Of a stretch of 64,000 nucleotides of DNA, positions 47,201-62,300 are shown in pieces (within the stretch, counting starts at the first letter, position 1; the number at the start of each line of letters is the position of its first letter). Location of the stretch: the NCBI GenBank assembly GCA_000934665.2, contig KZ537972.1, positions 1 to 64,000 on the forward strand, in the 5' to 3' direction. A program made the position numbers and the translations under genes. Below the pieces are notes generated by a model, which saw only the letters and a list, made by a program, of their open reading frames with translations, had not been told where the DNA came from and ran no database searches. Origin of the DNA: Catajapyx aquilonaris. Its lineage: Eukaryota.

Positions 47201-50200
47201 GGCATGAGCACACCCATCAGCTACCCACATATTATACAGTGATATGGGGCAAACCAACTTTTTGAAGAGGGTAACTGACTCCACAGTGTCACTCACTGGT
47301 CAGTATCATCGGCAAGTTTGCAGACAACGATGCTGCCACAGCACTTGTAATCCTTGTAGCCTTTCATCGGCCCCCACGACGCGACTGGCGAACTTTACTA
47401 CTCCCTACAACTCCACCTGGTATGTAATCAGTAGTACAGTATCCTACAATCCCTTTTAAACGCATTTCCTATCGCCATACAATATTACTAGTAACCTACA
47501 GTACTCGAGTGTGTGCATAGCCTTTCACCGAAAAGTAGTGCAAAGTGATAAAGACCGAGCGTACATTATGAATGGAGTGCTTGCGAGTATCTCTCTGCGG
47601 CTTCCTTCTGACGCTTCTACATAATGCATTAGAAATGCCGGCTTATTACATTTGCTAGTCATGTGCAGCTCGAGGGCGCAACTAAGAAAGTGAAGCTTTT
47701 TGCACGTGGTAACACTTGCAAATCAGTCGCTGAGGAGCCTCGCTAATCAAATTTGGCTTCTCCTGTTTCTGTCCAATTGTGGCTCGCCGTCTTTGAAAGG
47801 GGGAAGTTACCACCCAGGAATGCTGATACGCGGAAATCCATTACATGCCTGGGCACATTCAGGTCATTACACCTGTATACCGTCAAGTTGTGACAAATTG
47901 CTTTAAAAATGGCGAGACACAGGGCCAAAGTCGGTGGGTGACGAGTGCATGTTGGGAATGGGAGTGGTCCACTTACGCTGCGCGTACCATGTAGTCTACG
48001 CTTGGTTTTACTCCACTCTATCGACCCAAAGTTTGCCCATTGATAGAATAAATGCGGGGAACGGGTTGGTCCCCGGCGGGGACCGGCTACCTCTCCCGTC
48101 CTAAAAAATCAGCTCGACTAATTACAGATTTTTTTTTTTTTTTTTTGTTAGCGCAAGCTCTCTTTTCATGCATAATTAAATTTGCTGCACCGTCTCCTTT
48201 TTAAAGCCGGATGGCTCCCAAAAGTACGTTTGGTTTGGAGTGTATGTGCGTGCGTGCAACAATGCGTTCCTGATCCAGCTCCATTCATCACGGCTGGAAA
48301 ACAATGGACCTACGTTTATACACTCGACATGTCTGAATTATGAGGCGCGAGTCCCCAGCGTAATTTGCATCTCTTTTGGGCCACGCAACACTGAAGCCCC
48401 TTATTCCTTCCAGGTTATACCAGGGAATTCCAAACTTGGCATCAAAACCCGTAGTTCCGGGTTTAATTGATATCATGGACTAGATGCCTACAGCCCTTAT
48501 CGTGCTTCATAGACATTGGGTGAGGGCCTCTCCAGGAAGCGCTCATTACGGAGCAGCACCTAGTAGCGCAGGCTTGTTGATACAGATTCGGTTACTGGAA
48601 TATCTATGGTGTGACATGCGCGATGTGGGATCCGATATTATGGGAGAAGGAAGGAGGCGTTTTCTTAGGATGTCAGGAGCGAGATTTTGCATCTTGGAGG
48701 CCTGGGACGATCTGCGGGACGTGGGTTGCATCAGGCGCAGCGCACTATTTTCATGCGAATGCAGTTAGGGGGGGGGTTTAAAATATTGAGCGAGGTTTTG
48801 TAGTGTGGGAGTTTCGACCAAGTCAGAATGTGAATTACACTGCGCGCCTATAGAGATACATCCTATATAGCTTAAATCTGCTGCTTTTTGATTGGCCACG
48901 AGATGCATAGGGCAAGAGCCTTCGGGCAAGGCTGTGTTTGGGTCACGCCTTACCATGAGGTCATTTTCGCCTTTTATTGTGCGGAATTCATGACTGCAGG
49001 GAAGTTATCAGATTTGTGCATGTCATCGAGGAAGGCCACCGTTCCAAGTTTCTTGATATGGTCTCAATTAGCGAGGGTGGACATGCCAAATGTGGCGAAA
49101 TAAATTGAAGCTCGCGGCTATAGTTTTAGTAAAGAAATAACATGTATATACTCCCAACTATAGGCGAAGGTTGGCTGAGAAAGACCAGGAATTCACTCAA
49201 TGCCAGGGGTTTTTATACCAGCAGTGATGTACAGGCATGTTCTTGCTTTCGGATATCCGGATTCCCACGAACGGAATGCCTGGATTTGATTTATGCTGCA
49301 GATCCGTACGTTCCTTGGGCGTGCAGGCATAAATTATCCGGACATTTGCAGCCTTTTAAGCTCCAGACTTTCAATAAAATGTTCCCCCCGCTTACAGTGC
49401 ATGAGTGAAAGGTGTGGTGGTGGTAGCTGTAACCTGTGGGCTATGCAGGTAATTAATTGCCGCTGCTTTTGACCATTTATATCCTAATGCTGTGTTATAA
49501 AATTATGAAGAGCCGTAATTTATGACGGTTCTAGTGGCCGCCTCCTCGAACCACCGACATACCTGCAAATAATTTATTGTGCTCGACCTTTTTCAGCAGG
49601 AATGTTCTGGCCATGTTGGCATGTTACAATAGTTAATCCCTGCTGGACAACTACGCATACCAGGGACCAACTGCGTAGCATTTTCGATAACAGCCAGCAA
49701 TCAATTTGAACGTGATTTGAGCTATATAAATACCTATGAGGCCGTACCAAATGGCCGCTTCTGCTATGGTCAGTGTCCAACCTGATAAGGCAGCAATAGG
49801 TCGGACATAATCGTTATGAAAGGGAGTGTGCCGCGTGATAGCAACAGAACTGATAAAGACAAACGCGCGTGATATGCATTATTTATACGCATGTAACGTA
49901 CGGCATCCGGCATCAATCCTGCGTCATCATCCTCTCCAACCAAAAAATTCCTGCGCCCAACTATTTTCCAGTGCGATATTGCTCCATGTGCAAATTACAA
50001 AGTAACGAAGTGTGGCCGGTGTCCGATGCTTTGTTGTGTGGGAGCCTGGGCTCGGATGGCGAAAGGCAAAAAGGCGTTTTATTGGAAATGGACTCGCCGA
50101 CCTTTCGCGTCTCGTTGACGGGGAAAATAGTAGTTCCCACTATTGGGTTGTTCAATGGCGCAGCGTCGATCGGGAGAGTACAAAACCAGGGGTGTTCGAT

Positions 50201-53200
50201 ATGCAAATGAGGCCACAGGATGTTAACCTTGTGCTGTTATCTGGTGGGATGATATTGAGATGCGGTATTTTTTTATGGATATTGATTCTTTGCCTTAAAT
50301 GTTAAAGACGGGGCTAAAACGATGGGTATCGGAGGTGGGGTGGGGGTGGGGGGAAATCCGCGAAAATCCCAGGGAGGAAGGAAGGCGGGTTATTTCGTCT
50401 CCTGCTCGTGCGGAAGATGCAAAAAGGAGCGTATTGGATAAGATGCAGCAGTTTCCGACGTGGTTCTGACAGGTCGAGCCAGACTTGGGCGAAAAAGGAA
50501 TAAGTTCTGCCATGCTCCGTTCAGTAAATTACATTCGAATGTTAGTTTTTTTTTTGGCCGAATTTTCCTCGGTTTCCATTTTGGTTTTTCTTACCTTATT
50601 GTGCGATGTAAAAGTCAGGGAAAGGCGATATATTTGCCATCCTTCCAGCCGAGGTCCAAGGGACTATAAGTCCGAGGAAAAATCCGAGAGCGGTCCTGCT
50701 GGCGGGCTATAATTTATGGGCTCTCCCAAAGTGATTTTTTGGGGGCAGTGGTCGGCCACTGGAAGGTAGTGCCTCTGTGGTCACTTAATTGCTGCGACAG
50801 TGGTTGGACCAGCCCGAATTGATTGGATTAGGATATTAAAATTTGGAGGAATTATTGTCGGGGATTTTTTTTTTTAAAAGGGCAAAGTTCCATTAAGTTG
50901 AAGCTGGATTAAATGACACGGTTCTGTGAGTTTAGTCAGCGCCGTCAATAATGCTTTCATCTGCTTTTCCAGAGGAATGTTGGAAATGTTTCTGGAACTT
51001 TTCATACTCAACCAACTACTGGCCGGTGAGGGAATAATGTAAGTGCAACCGACTGTGAACCGGTGCGAAAACTAGTAATTAATTTTGCGTGAATAAAAAG
51101 CTTGGCAACTCTTTGGATGCTCAGTTGCCGTGTAGTTATGATTATGCAGTGCAGGTTACGAGTATCGTATATTTTTTGTTGAAAAAAAAAAATAGTCGAA
51201 AGCTAATTCTACTAGGACCATTATTGGATATCGATAAGTGGAGGACCCAGACATCTTTGTTGAACTTGCTGTGGATGTTGGCAGCAGCCAGTAGCACAGT
51301 ATAAGCCACTCGACACAGCGACCTGGTGCCCTAACCAGCGATTTTCTTATGAACCTAAGGTCGGGGACATTGATGCGATAGGTGCACTCGAATTGGTGGG
51401 AGCACAATAAAATTTGGAGGTGGGTGGTGGTCCGATGATGCATTTGGGGGGCGAGCGCGGCGCACTGCTCTGTTGGTATTGATCTTCATTGTCCCTTAGC
51501 GGGTTGGCTAAGGAGGTGGGAGGATGGGGTTAGGGATGGGGAGGTAGAGGGTGGTAGGGCTGTGGCGGAAGACAGGAGACGAAGGTTCGGAAAAAAAAAA
51601 TGGGCATGGTTGTCCCCTGAGGGTCAGCAACACCACCCTTTCCGAAAAGAGTGTTCCCAGGTGGTAGTTTTCGGAAAGGCAACATGTTGGCCTGGCAGGC
51701 TGGCATCAAATGCTCGATAAATCTCGACCTTCTTGTCGGGGAGAGACTGCTGGATTTTCGCAATTTACACATTGATTTCGGCTGACCCTTGTGCAGTGTG
51801 ATGTGCGGGCTAGCAGGTGGCAGTTACCCCGAAATTTTTGTAGGGCATTGCCCCGTACGTGTGGCCGATAGATGGCGCGGCGGCTCGATTCTTCTATTGG
51901 TGAGGCGACAGGTGGCGCAACTTGCGAGGCGGTAGATGGCATCACTTTATGCTGCTTATCGGTTGCATTTTGAATCAAAAAAAGATAGTAGCGAGAAAAG
52001 TGGTCCATAGCTGAATCGATTAGAATCATTGTTATGGCCCAGTAATTGGAAACAGAATTTTCAATATTGGTTCGTTTTTTGGGGGGCCTCAGGACATGCA
52101 TATTGGATATGCGAGTATGCGGGCTGACATGGAGGTAGATGTGGTAGAGGTCGAGTGGCAGGCGGATTTATTTGGGGCAGCTAAGAAATTCCGGCTAAGT
52201 GTGCGAGGAGGCAGCAGATCGATCTCTTTTTGGCTGGGCAAAGACGGAGGAAAAGGAGAAGAGAGGCCTGGAGTCCCAAGTTGGAGCTTGGAGGGAATGC
52301 TTTTCTTCGGGGTTCCCAACTCTTATTCTTTATCTCCCCTTGGCTTTTGCTTCGGCAACCGGAACGTGGGGGATCCCGGCTCGGAACAGATATTGGGGAA
52401 GTGGAAGAGCACAGAAAAAGAAGCATCTTTATACAGTAATCCCACACTGGAAGAGAGACGGTTCCGGTGATTTTCAAGAGGAAGCGTAATTGGGCGCGAA
52501 TCCTGCCGATAGATGGCAACACCTATAGCGGTGCCATCTAGCGACTCAAGCCGTACAAGGACGTGTCCTTAATATACATGCAGATATTAGAAATTCCGCT
52601 GTAGTTCCCAATGGTGGATACATTGGGGCAGATGCACAGCCTCATATGCCAGAAATTGGCAGCAGGCCACCCCCATGTTCAAATTTCTGGTTACACTCTG
52701 GAGGATCGTGACACGTAGGGATAATTCCCAGGCACGGATTAGCATGCAGGCTGCGTTACAGAAAACTTTGCGGGCACCCACATGTGACTCAGAGGTTGAA
52801 GTTTTCCCCCTGTGTCGCTGCGGTAAATATAGAATTAGGAGAAGAAGTCGCAGGCTCCGGGACCCCCAAGCTCCGGAGTGTTGTCGGAGTAGGTTCAATG
52901 CACGGAATCCCCGGAAAGAGACGTAAGTGGTGGAGTTGGGGCAGCAGACATGAAAAGGGCCAATGAATGGTCGGCCGGCACGAACTTTTAAACGGGCTTT
53001 CCTGATGATAATGAGACTAATCGTTGCAAGCGAGCAGGCATGATCGCCGGTTGTTGTAGTCAAGTCCGTCCGGAGAGGAGACTTAATAAAGTCGGCAATA
53101 CGCAAAAAGGTGCAACCACAAAAAGAAGCTGCCATGGAAACCTGGTTTGCCAAACACGGTCACGCTGCGATGTGACTGACGTCAGATTAATAGCCACAAG

Positions 53201-56200
53201 AGCTGCGTGTGCACTGGCCAGAAAAGATTTACCAACCCTGTTATTTGAAGCTCGTTTTTCAACTAGTGGATGAAAAAAAAGGGGGAAAGGAGCCCCTTCA
53301 ATCGAGTGGCCGATAAATTCCCGCGAGAAATGCCAATTAGGTGTCCTCAAAAAAACGATGATCCGAGTATGGTCAGTATGATTCTAGAGTATCGATTAAG
53401 TGTCATCCTGGGAGGCCATATTTTAAAATCCGGCACACTTTATGATTTGTGGTCGCGTGTATTAAACGCCTGGTTTACAACGTGGAGCGAATTATAAAAT
53501 TGTGTGCACAAAAAGCGTATACAAGCCGTATAGTCGGTATTTTGGGTAGGGGGACCGAAGGCAGGATAAATTATGTGTAAAGTTGCGCCCGGAATGAAAT
53601 TATGATTCTAAAACTGGAGCAAAACCCGATGGCAAAATTTGAATACGAAAAACAAGTGCGTATTTTTGCACCCAGTTACGGTCATTAGCATGGCCTAGAC
53701 AAAAAGGGGCAGTCGGTCACGAGTCACTTTGGAGCACTTCAGAACAAGGGCTGTTACCATGGCGACTCACCCACACACGTGGCATCTACACCCACACAGT
53801 GTAGGTGGGGGAATAAGAACTTCTTGGGGTCAAAATGAAATAGATTTTAGGTCGCTGAATCTTGCTGAGGGAAACTCGACAGTGTGATGGGAGCAGCGTT
53901 ATTAATCTGCGGGTGTTTTCACTCTCTTAATTAAATTTGGGGGTAGGCTGTTGAACAGTATTAATTATACGGGATGATGCCCTTATCGCAGTTTTGCAGA
54001 GAGGGGGGGGGCGGAGGTAGGGTGCGAGAGGGGAGTTTAAGTTATAGTGTTTTCCCTTGATTGCTCAAGATGCCGGCAAAGCTCGCGTCTTGCTATGGAG
54101 ATGCTGTTTGCAGATGATGAGAACTATAGGGAGGCCATGGGAAAAGGAGGGGCAGGCTACAAATTTCGCAGCACCAAGCAAAGCGGTTCGAGTGTCTTGG
54201 AATGTGCGTGTAGATGCATGATGCCGTGTCCGGATACGTGTTGTATCTCGGCTGGGATCTTCCTGCACATTTGATGGAACAGGATAGAGCTCGACCTTGC
54301 AGTCACATAATGTCAGTTCACTTGTTGAGACAGAAATAAACGACCAAGAGAATACCAGGTGACAATCGAAATTTTGCTCTATTTTGTTGCAGCCAATTAT
54401 TGTAGCGGATTTTGCGCTAATTTATTGACTAATATAGCCAATTAGGGTGGTAACCAGGATTCCATTTCTGAGGGGATTTGGGTTCAGGTCCCGCACACCG
54501 CAACTTGCTAGCTTAAAATGTAATACATAAGGTATGCGGAGGAGTACTGGGGGCCTCTCTGGAAATTTTGCTGGGAATTAGCAGTGCAAATATGCCTTGT
54601 GGTGAAGGCTGCGGATGTATTAATTTTCGAGGGGATGGTTATAGCCAAGAGCAAGGAGGCACCGATCCATTGTAGATGCCCGTATTAAATTACAGGGGCA
54701 CAAGGGCCCCTTCTTTTACTAGGCTCGTCAATGGTAACGTAGGGAAATAGTTGGTAATATTACCCGGCGTTCACTGAATATGCGGGCGATAAATTCATGC
54801 ACTTATTTCAGGACTCTGGGGGCGTCCTTTTGCAAATAAATCTGATTCGTTTATCAATCACGGATTGCATCAGAGGGGAAGATTTTTCCCCTCGTCGCAG
54901 TGGTGAACCGGCGTTTGGCAAACATTCCTCCGGGGTGGGGACGTAATTGGCTAAATGAAGAAAGAAAAGAAAACAAGAGGAGTAGCGGTGCGCGCCCAAC
55001 ACCTTGTTTGTTTTTTCAATCCCCCCTAGGCGGGACGGCCTTTGCCCTCCGAGGGACTTCCTCTGGTTCTGTACAAGTAACCTTAATTACAAGTATCTAG
55101 CTGTTCTTTTCTGTGCTTTTTGTGACAACAGCGCTTTTGTCAGACCTCAGCTAAACTGCAACAGGTCCATGGTTATATGCAATGGAAGGAAGGGAACTTT
55201 TAATGCAGTTTGTGGTACGATATAACTACGGGGCTCATTACGTACCAAAAATGGCTAGAACACGGTTGAGTGAGATTCGCGGAAATGGATTGTCGAGTCA
55301 ATATTGACTTTTTATCTTGATGAGTCCGCTTTTGAAGATTGAGATTAGTTTGGATAATCATCGTTCATTTGAGGTAGTGAATTAAGCAGCTTCTATGGTG
55401 TGAGGATAATGACTCGTGTAGGGTCGCTGAAAGTGGGGGGTGGGGGTTGGAGGGGGAAAAGAAGTTAAGGTTGAGGAAATTTGGAGCAGAATTGTGGAGT
55501 TTCGACGTTAGAGGGCAGGGCGGTATGCAGGCGGCGTTGGGGATGGATTTTCCACCGGCATTGGGCGCCAGATGGTGGGCGCTTTCGCCCTACGAGTGTG
55601 GAAACCGAATGATGACGGGGACGAGAGATGGCTCCAGTGGTTTTTTTTGAGGGGCAGGAAGAAAATTGTGACAAAATGGTTGCTAGATTTGGCTATAAAT
55701 TTTTTAGTGGAGTACTTTGAGAGCAGTGACATAATTTAGGGTTGTAACCGTACTTACCCCTTGATAGTGCGGGGTATTCTAAGGGTTCCTGAAATTGATT
55801 CCTTTTTTTATAAAGCATATATGGAATTGCCTGGACATGAAAGTGGACGTTTTTATTTGGCTTCTGTTAACCCGGAAGTTGACTGAGACTCGATCAGAAA
55901 AGGCAGGACCATTTGGACAGCTGGTTGGTATCGAACTTATAGGCCAATATATGCTTATTCTCATGATTTTGAGTAACCGCGATCATTATGACTGAACACT
56001 ACTGTTACGATTATGTCTGATTTGAAAATCACTGTACCATATATGTTATGTAAATCCTATTGCGGAGAACTCACACACAATATTATAGTTTTACAGAATG
56101 TATAAATTTTGTTGACGCATGATATAGTAAAGGCCCGAAAATGTTTCGGGGAGCATCGTGCTTTCCATCCCAGCTGGGTCGATATTTGGAAGAAATGGGG

Positions 56201-59131
56201 CTGAGGTCGTCGCCATTCTCCCCACCTTGAAAATGTAAAATTTACTCTCGTGGAGGACACATACGAGGTGCGGTACCTTGTCGTTTCTGCTTCGTAACAT
56301 TCATTGTTGAGTATTTCTTGCTGTAAATTGGCAGTATGGAGCGGTGGTGTGTGACTGTCACGTTGTGTTTGTATAATTTGAATATGCAGATTTGTTTTAG
56401 TGTTATGCTAGCGGAGAGGCAGAGATTTGCCAAAAAGATCTTGAAATTACAGTGTAGCTGCTGCTTATCGCTGTATTTATGTTGCTGAGCAGGGGCCTTA
56501 TTCTGTCAGGGTGGGTTGGAATGGTGAAAATGAATTCGAGCTCGGTTTTAGAGGGACTGAATTATTGTTTTATTTTGATGAGGATTATTCAGCTGGTTAC
56601 CAGTAAATGCAGCGGAGACCAAATTGCATTATACATTTTGTTTTCATTGGCAGAAACTGCATTGTCAAAATAAAATTAATGTCAACAGCAGACATCGATC
56701 AAATGTGTGGCAGAACGTGTGTCAGGCCGTGGAGTCTTCCTTTTCCTATGGAACTTTGTGGTTGATCTATACAGTTAGAAATGGAGACTATTTAAAAAAG
56801 AGAAGTGTGTTTGTAGTAAATTAACAATCGTCGCTATCAAGGCGTAAATAATAGGAACATAATGAGTTATGTATGTCAATGAGAAAGAAGTATAATTTAC
56901 AAAGTGCTACAGTGCCGTTTATTGAAGGGGGGATGCATGACCGACCTTTAGACATGTGCACATCAAATCTGCAGTCGCTAGCGTGAGTGCGTGACTATGT
57001 CAACTTTTAAGAAGTCCTTTCTGACGCCTGTAGTAAACCTCTGTGAACTGACATGTTTTCCAGTTGCACTGTATACTGGAAGCGGAAGTTGATCGCAATG
57101 AAAGCTACCAGTTATCATCCTTCTGAAGCATAGTTTCGATTGAACCTGAGACACTGCTGTATACAGACGATGAAACTTTACATTCGGATGACTTTTACGG
57201 CAGTACCGTAATGCCATATTTTGACCAAACGTGAATGGAGTGAAATTGGGCACATCATTTCTGCTAAATTATTTTTTATTGCAGAACATTTTCATTTTAC
57301 GAATAAGGTATAATTCTGATTTCTTGGGATTCGAAAAATAGTGCAATGTTTCTGAATTGATAAAACTGAGTAGAATATGCAGTCGGACTTTTCATACCGT
57401 AACCCAGAATAACTTCTGCAGAGGATGGTACAGTATAATTGAATGTCTGGGTCAATGGCAGCAGTGCCCTTTAAATTTCTGGATCCGAAAAAAAAACAAC
57501 CCTGCGCTAATTCATTAAAAATTAGTAGAATTCACCTTCCAGGTAATCGATTCGAAATGCCAGTGTAATTATTTCAGGAATATCAATGCCGTTCCGCAAA
57601 ATAATGTTTGAATTCTCCTCCGTTCTATTCTGCTATCCCTGCTAATGAAGTAAGGCAAAAGCTTTGGGGGAGGGACCTGAAAATTCAGGGAACAAAAGAA
57701 GTGTATCTCGGGCATTAAGTCAAAATCTCATTTGCATTTTCTCGGGGGCTTTGTAAAGCAAGTAGCTGCGAGTTGCCCAATTAAAAGCGTGCATGACGGG
57801 GTAAAAAATGTGTATGAATAGGAGGCGAGCTTTTGGCACGTGGGATTGTGACTGCCAGGAAGTTTAGGAGTCGACAGATGTCGCCTTTATTCAACTTGGC
57901 AAACTGATTAATGAAAACTTGCATTCACCTGGGATTATTTAGGCGCGGTGCAAGTCCAGTCGGTTAAACTGATGGCGGAAATATTGATTGCGCGAGGGAA
58001 ATTATCCACCCTGCTTTTTAGGGGAGTCCATTCGGTATAGGCATTTTTCGGGGGGTAAAATAGTGGTGGAAAAGCTGGGGGATAAGGGGGTGTAAATATC
58101 ACTTTCGATGGGAATATGGCTGTTTTTTTTTGGGGGGGGGGGGGNGGGGGGAGAAAATAAATCACGTTTGAAGGACATATATGTCAGCTTCATATAGTTT
58201 GGACCGTATTGAAATTGTAGTTAGCGGCTGGTTTGCCATCAATCAAAAAATCATTTGAAAAGTGGATGCGGAGATAGCCTATATCCTCTTGTCGGGGCAT
58301 TACTTGCAACGGGCCCAAAAAAGTTGGGGTCAACAGGCTGCATCCTCCCCATCTCTAAGGTATATAAGCCAGCTATCCGACAAGTTTAGTAGCCATGAAG
58401 AAGCCAAGCTTAGTTGAGATATATGAGTAGCGTAACTCGAGGGATGGCCCTGTTTGGTCCTGGAGGGGGTGCAAAAACTCTGGGTTTTTCCCCGACCCTT
58501 CCCAACTTTGGTCAGAAATTTCCGTATCACTCGAATTCATATCTGAAAGGCCTAGAAGGGAACTGGGACAGTAATTTAAGGGTCGAAGGGGGCAATTATG
58601 TAGAGGCACCAAAGCCTATTGACATTAATCAAAATTGTCGGTATTGCTCACCAGGGGGCCATTGGCCGGGGCTCTTGAAACACTGGCAAGCCTGGAGGTG
58701 CATCTTGATTGCCTTTATATGAATATATACATCTGGGCGTATATCGTCGTTCCCGGCGCTCTATTTCCACCGGCGTCAGCCTGTATCTGCGTATTGGATT
58801 TTATATACGACGGGGCTTTAGGGAGTAGCCCCGGATGTGTGTCAGTGATTAAACTGGAGAAAGTAGGAAAGGCAGGCTTCTACCGCCCGGGGGGTGTGAT
58901 TATGCGCGTCTGAAAATGTGATAACAGAAGCTGGGGTGTATATAAATCCGCGTTACTAACACTGTCACACCGTCTGGATCACCGGGGCTACGTGTCTGCC
59001 TAACTAACTCCGGGCGCTCCGGATTCATATTTCACGAACGGTGAGGTTTGAAGGAGGTATTGCCAAGTCGGGACGCAGCACGCAACACTTGGCTGATAGA
59101 CTTACACAGGGTGTAGAGGGGGGGGGGGGGG

Positions 59132-59321
59132 NNNNNNNNNNNNNNNNNNNNNNNNNNNNNNNNNNNNNNNNNNNNNNNNNNNNNNNNNNNNNNNNNNNNN
59201 NNNNNNNNNNNNNNNNNNNNNNNNNNNNNNNNNNNNNNNNNNNNNNNNNNNNNNNNNNNNNNNNNNNNNNNNNNNNNNNNNNNNNNNNNNNNNNNNNNNN
59301 NNNNNNNNNNNNNNNNNNNNN
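59132..59321. other. Assembly gap (190 N) flanked by poly-G
   Basis: Run of N bounded by G homopolymers on both sides; a single N also lies in a G run at 58145. Confidence 0.98.
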
Positions 59322-62300
59322 GGGGGGGGGGGACCATGCCTACACGCACTTCCTCCGGATGCTGTAATCTTGATTGGATTCGAGCAGGGCCGTAAAAGAA
59401 GGCGGAAGAACGTGGATCTTCCCTCCCATCCTTTTTTCGATTTGTGTATAAAGTGCAGATTGGATGCGACAACTGCCCCGGATCATGTTTGACAGGGATA
59501 CGTGGGGGTTTGGAAAAGAGTTTTTGCCGATCGCGGAAGAGACGACGATCATACCTGGAGGTTGGGATTCGGATGGGTTGTCCGGTTGTGTAGTAAAATC
59601 CCAGGGCGATACCCGTGGAATATTTTTTTGTAATAGGTGACTGACGGGAACAGTGTTCACTTCGGGGCTTACTACAGTTTTACACGTGTTCGGTGCTAGT
59701 TGTATGAGGGAACGGGAAGGGAACATATGAGGTTCCAAGTGATCAAGTTTAAAAAATATATATTCCTAGTATATATGGGATGTTTCACCATTTAGTTGAT
59801 AAAGTATCTGAAATATTAGGATTGTGTTAAAATCATCTACACTACATGATATCGCTAAAACTAATCACAAATGAAGCTTCCAAATGCATAATCGTACAGT
59901 TTTTTCGAATAACGATCCTGTGCTGAGTCTGCAGGTGATTAACCCCAGGGATCTACTATTGAAGATTATACCCGTTTCGAACATAAAAGGGCTGGGCTAT
60001 TCAAAAGTGATGAGCAGGTATGATAAGTTTTGCCATTAAGCCCCCCTCTTTTTTATTATTTTCTTTTTTTTTTTTGCTATAGTAAGGCCGTCCACTGTCG
60101 AATGAACGGGCGATAGTGCGTGCACCCTTCTCATTAGATCCGCGCTTATACGGTCCAGATTCAGGAATTGCAAATTCAGCGATTCAGGTTTGAATTCGTA
60201 TTCGGAACTCGAAGCAATATAACAGACCGTCAAACGCCCCGCAAAAGAGCGAAAATGAACAGTTCACGATCTGGAAATCCTTTTCGTTTCTAGCTCCACC
60301 TTTTTTTTTCTTTTTTGTATTTTCCGGAACATTAGAGCCACAGCTGATATTAATGCGCGCAGGGGGAAAGGGAACACGATTGAACGGCGCAACTTTGAAG
60401 CGAAGGAAGGAAAAGGAAGCGGATCGTTTCTCTTCCGCTTTGACGGCCGGTTAATGGAAAGGAGCAGGGGAAAGAATGACCAATTTGGTATCGGATTACA
60501 GCAATGGCCGGGGCCACGTCGTTACCCGTGTCACACTGCACCTATTGCAGACCCCTGCCTTGTTTTACGGGCTAGCCCCTCTAGACTGATGGGGTCCTGA
60601 CCTTTGCAGACCATTATTGGATCGAATTGGACGCACCGAGTGTCCTTTTCCATCATTTTCAGGTGTGCATGGAGCAGACGGAGTTGTTAGGTCGTTGGTG
60701 GTAAGGCTAGGTAGACGCGGTGGATATTGAGGTAAAATTTGGGGGCTTATCATGATCCTTCTGAGTACAAGGGTAGTCCACGGATATGGCCTGCGGAAAA
60801 GGGCTTATCCGGACTGTTCAGGGCATTCCTGCGTGACTTCCAGGATGAAACGTATCCGTTGAAAATTGTAGCCTCCGTTTGCGAGGTAATCTTGTAGTAA
60901 ACAACGCCCCTATTTACTTGCTGCTGTGGAGTCTGGGGAACATGTGATGGAGGGAGGAAAAAACCAGAGCCCCCTTGCTATTATTAATTAGTTACGGTGG
61001 AAATAGCTCTCGAGGGGACCTTGCACGTGGACATCGACAGTGTCCCTCCCCCTCACCATGAGACCGCAGTTTTATTCGGAAGGGAGACGTAATTAGGAGG
61101 CTCCATTTTCTGTTACAACATCCACTCTTCCCTTACCAAGAGCTTCCCTTTGTGCCATCAGAGCCAAGCCTATATGCGTCCTCCTTCGCATCTTCGACGT
61201 GCACGTTTTTGCAACGTTGCCTGAAGGGCTCTTGTGCATTGTGCGGAGAAGTGTGATAGAAAAGTTGCGTCCCTCCACCTCCTTTGAAAACAGAGATTGC
61301 AGATGCGACAAGTTGTAAGAAAGTGTCTTAACAAGGGCCATCCAATGATTGGAATTTAAACTTGTAAGCAGCTTATATTTTTGACAGTCCACTGTTTCAA
61401 AGCAGCTACTTGCGAAAAATGTGGATAGCCAAAATGTATCCTGTGTTTGATATTCAGGTGAAAAATTCACCATATTATTTACTACCTATAACTGTGCAGA
61501 ATGGGCAATTTTTTAGCCTAATCTAATCATGGGCATGGAGAACTACTTGAAAATTCGCAGTGGATAACGTGGAACATTTTGGCGTTTGAAGGATATGGAT
61601 GGACGGAATTTCAGGAGGTGAAAAAAAATTTCATATCACCGGTAGCACTTTTTTTTACGATCGGCTGGTTATCGACTCAGAGGTCCAGCTCAGCACCATC
61701 TTTCACAACGAACTTCGCTGGAAGTGCTGGAGCCGTTTAATTTCACTTTGCAAATATGCATGGCGTTCAACCGGGCTGCATTATGTAGCAACTAACTGGA
61801 GCCTATCCCCTGCGTACTCACCTGAAAATTAAAATGGTAATTATGGGCCCTCTCAAAGGTGGCTGGAAAAAAAATGTGGGGGAAAATATTCAAATTTCTA
61901 AATGCCAATAGTAATTTTTGGCCTCTTCTACATTTCCATCCTTAATTCCCATTTCACACAAGTTGCCGCGTTATCACTCAGTTTTTTTTTAAAGTCTCCC
62001 ATAGGAAATCCCCCCGTACATTTTTTTAAACTCCCCATCTCCACCCTTCCTGGTTCTACTCTCGGGGAAAGGGGCGTGATATATGGAAAGAGCGGCAGTG
62101 CTGATCTGCGAAAATGGTCCATGTGTGAAGGGGAAGGTTGGCTAACTCTCTCTCTCCGGGACGAGGCTTTTCCTCCCTGTAGGATTATTCTGCTTTCAGA
62201 ACCAGGAGCCGAAAAAGGTTTCTGTGGGCGGAAAATTTCGGAGGCATGGTTTTACGCAGCACATGTCAGGAAATGGATTTAACGCGCGGCATGAATGCTC

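Noticed and set aside
48066..48086. GC-rich hairpin GGTCCCCG-G-CGGGGACC as a Helitron 3' end or terminator
   Set aside because: No downstream CTRR terminus or other element features; too short to be meaningful alone.
59032..59472. ORFs spanning the N run
   Set aside because: Artefacts of the assembly gap.
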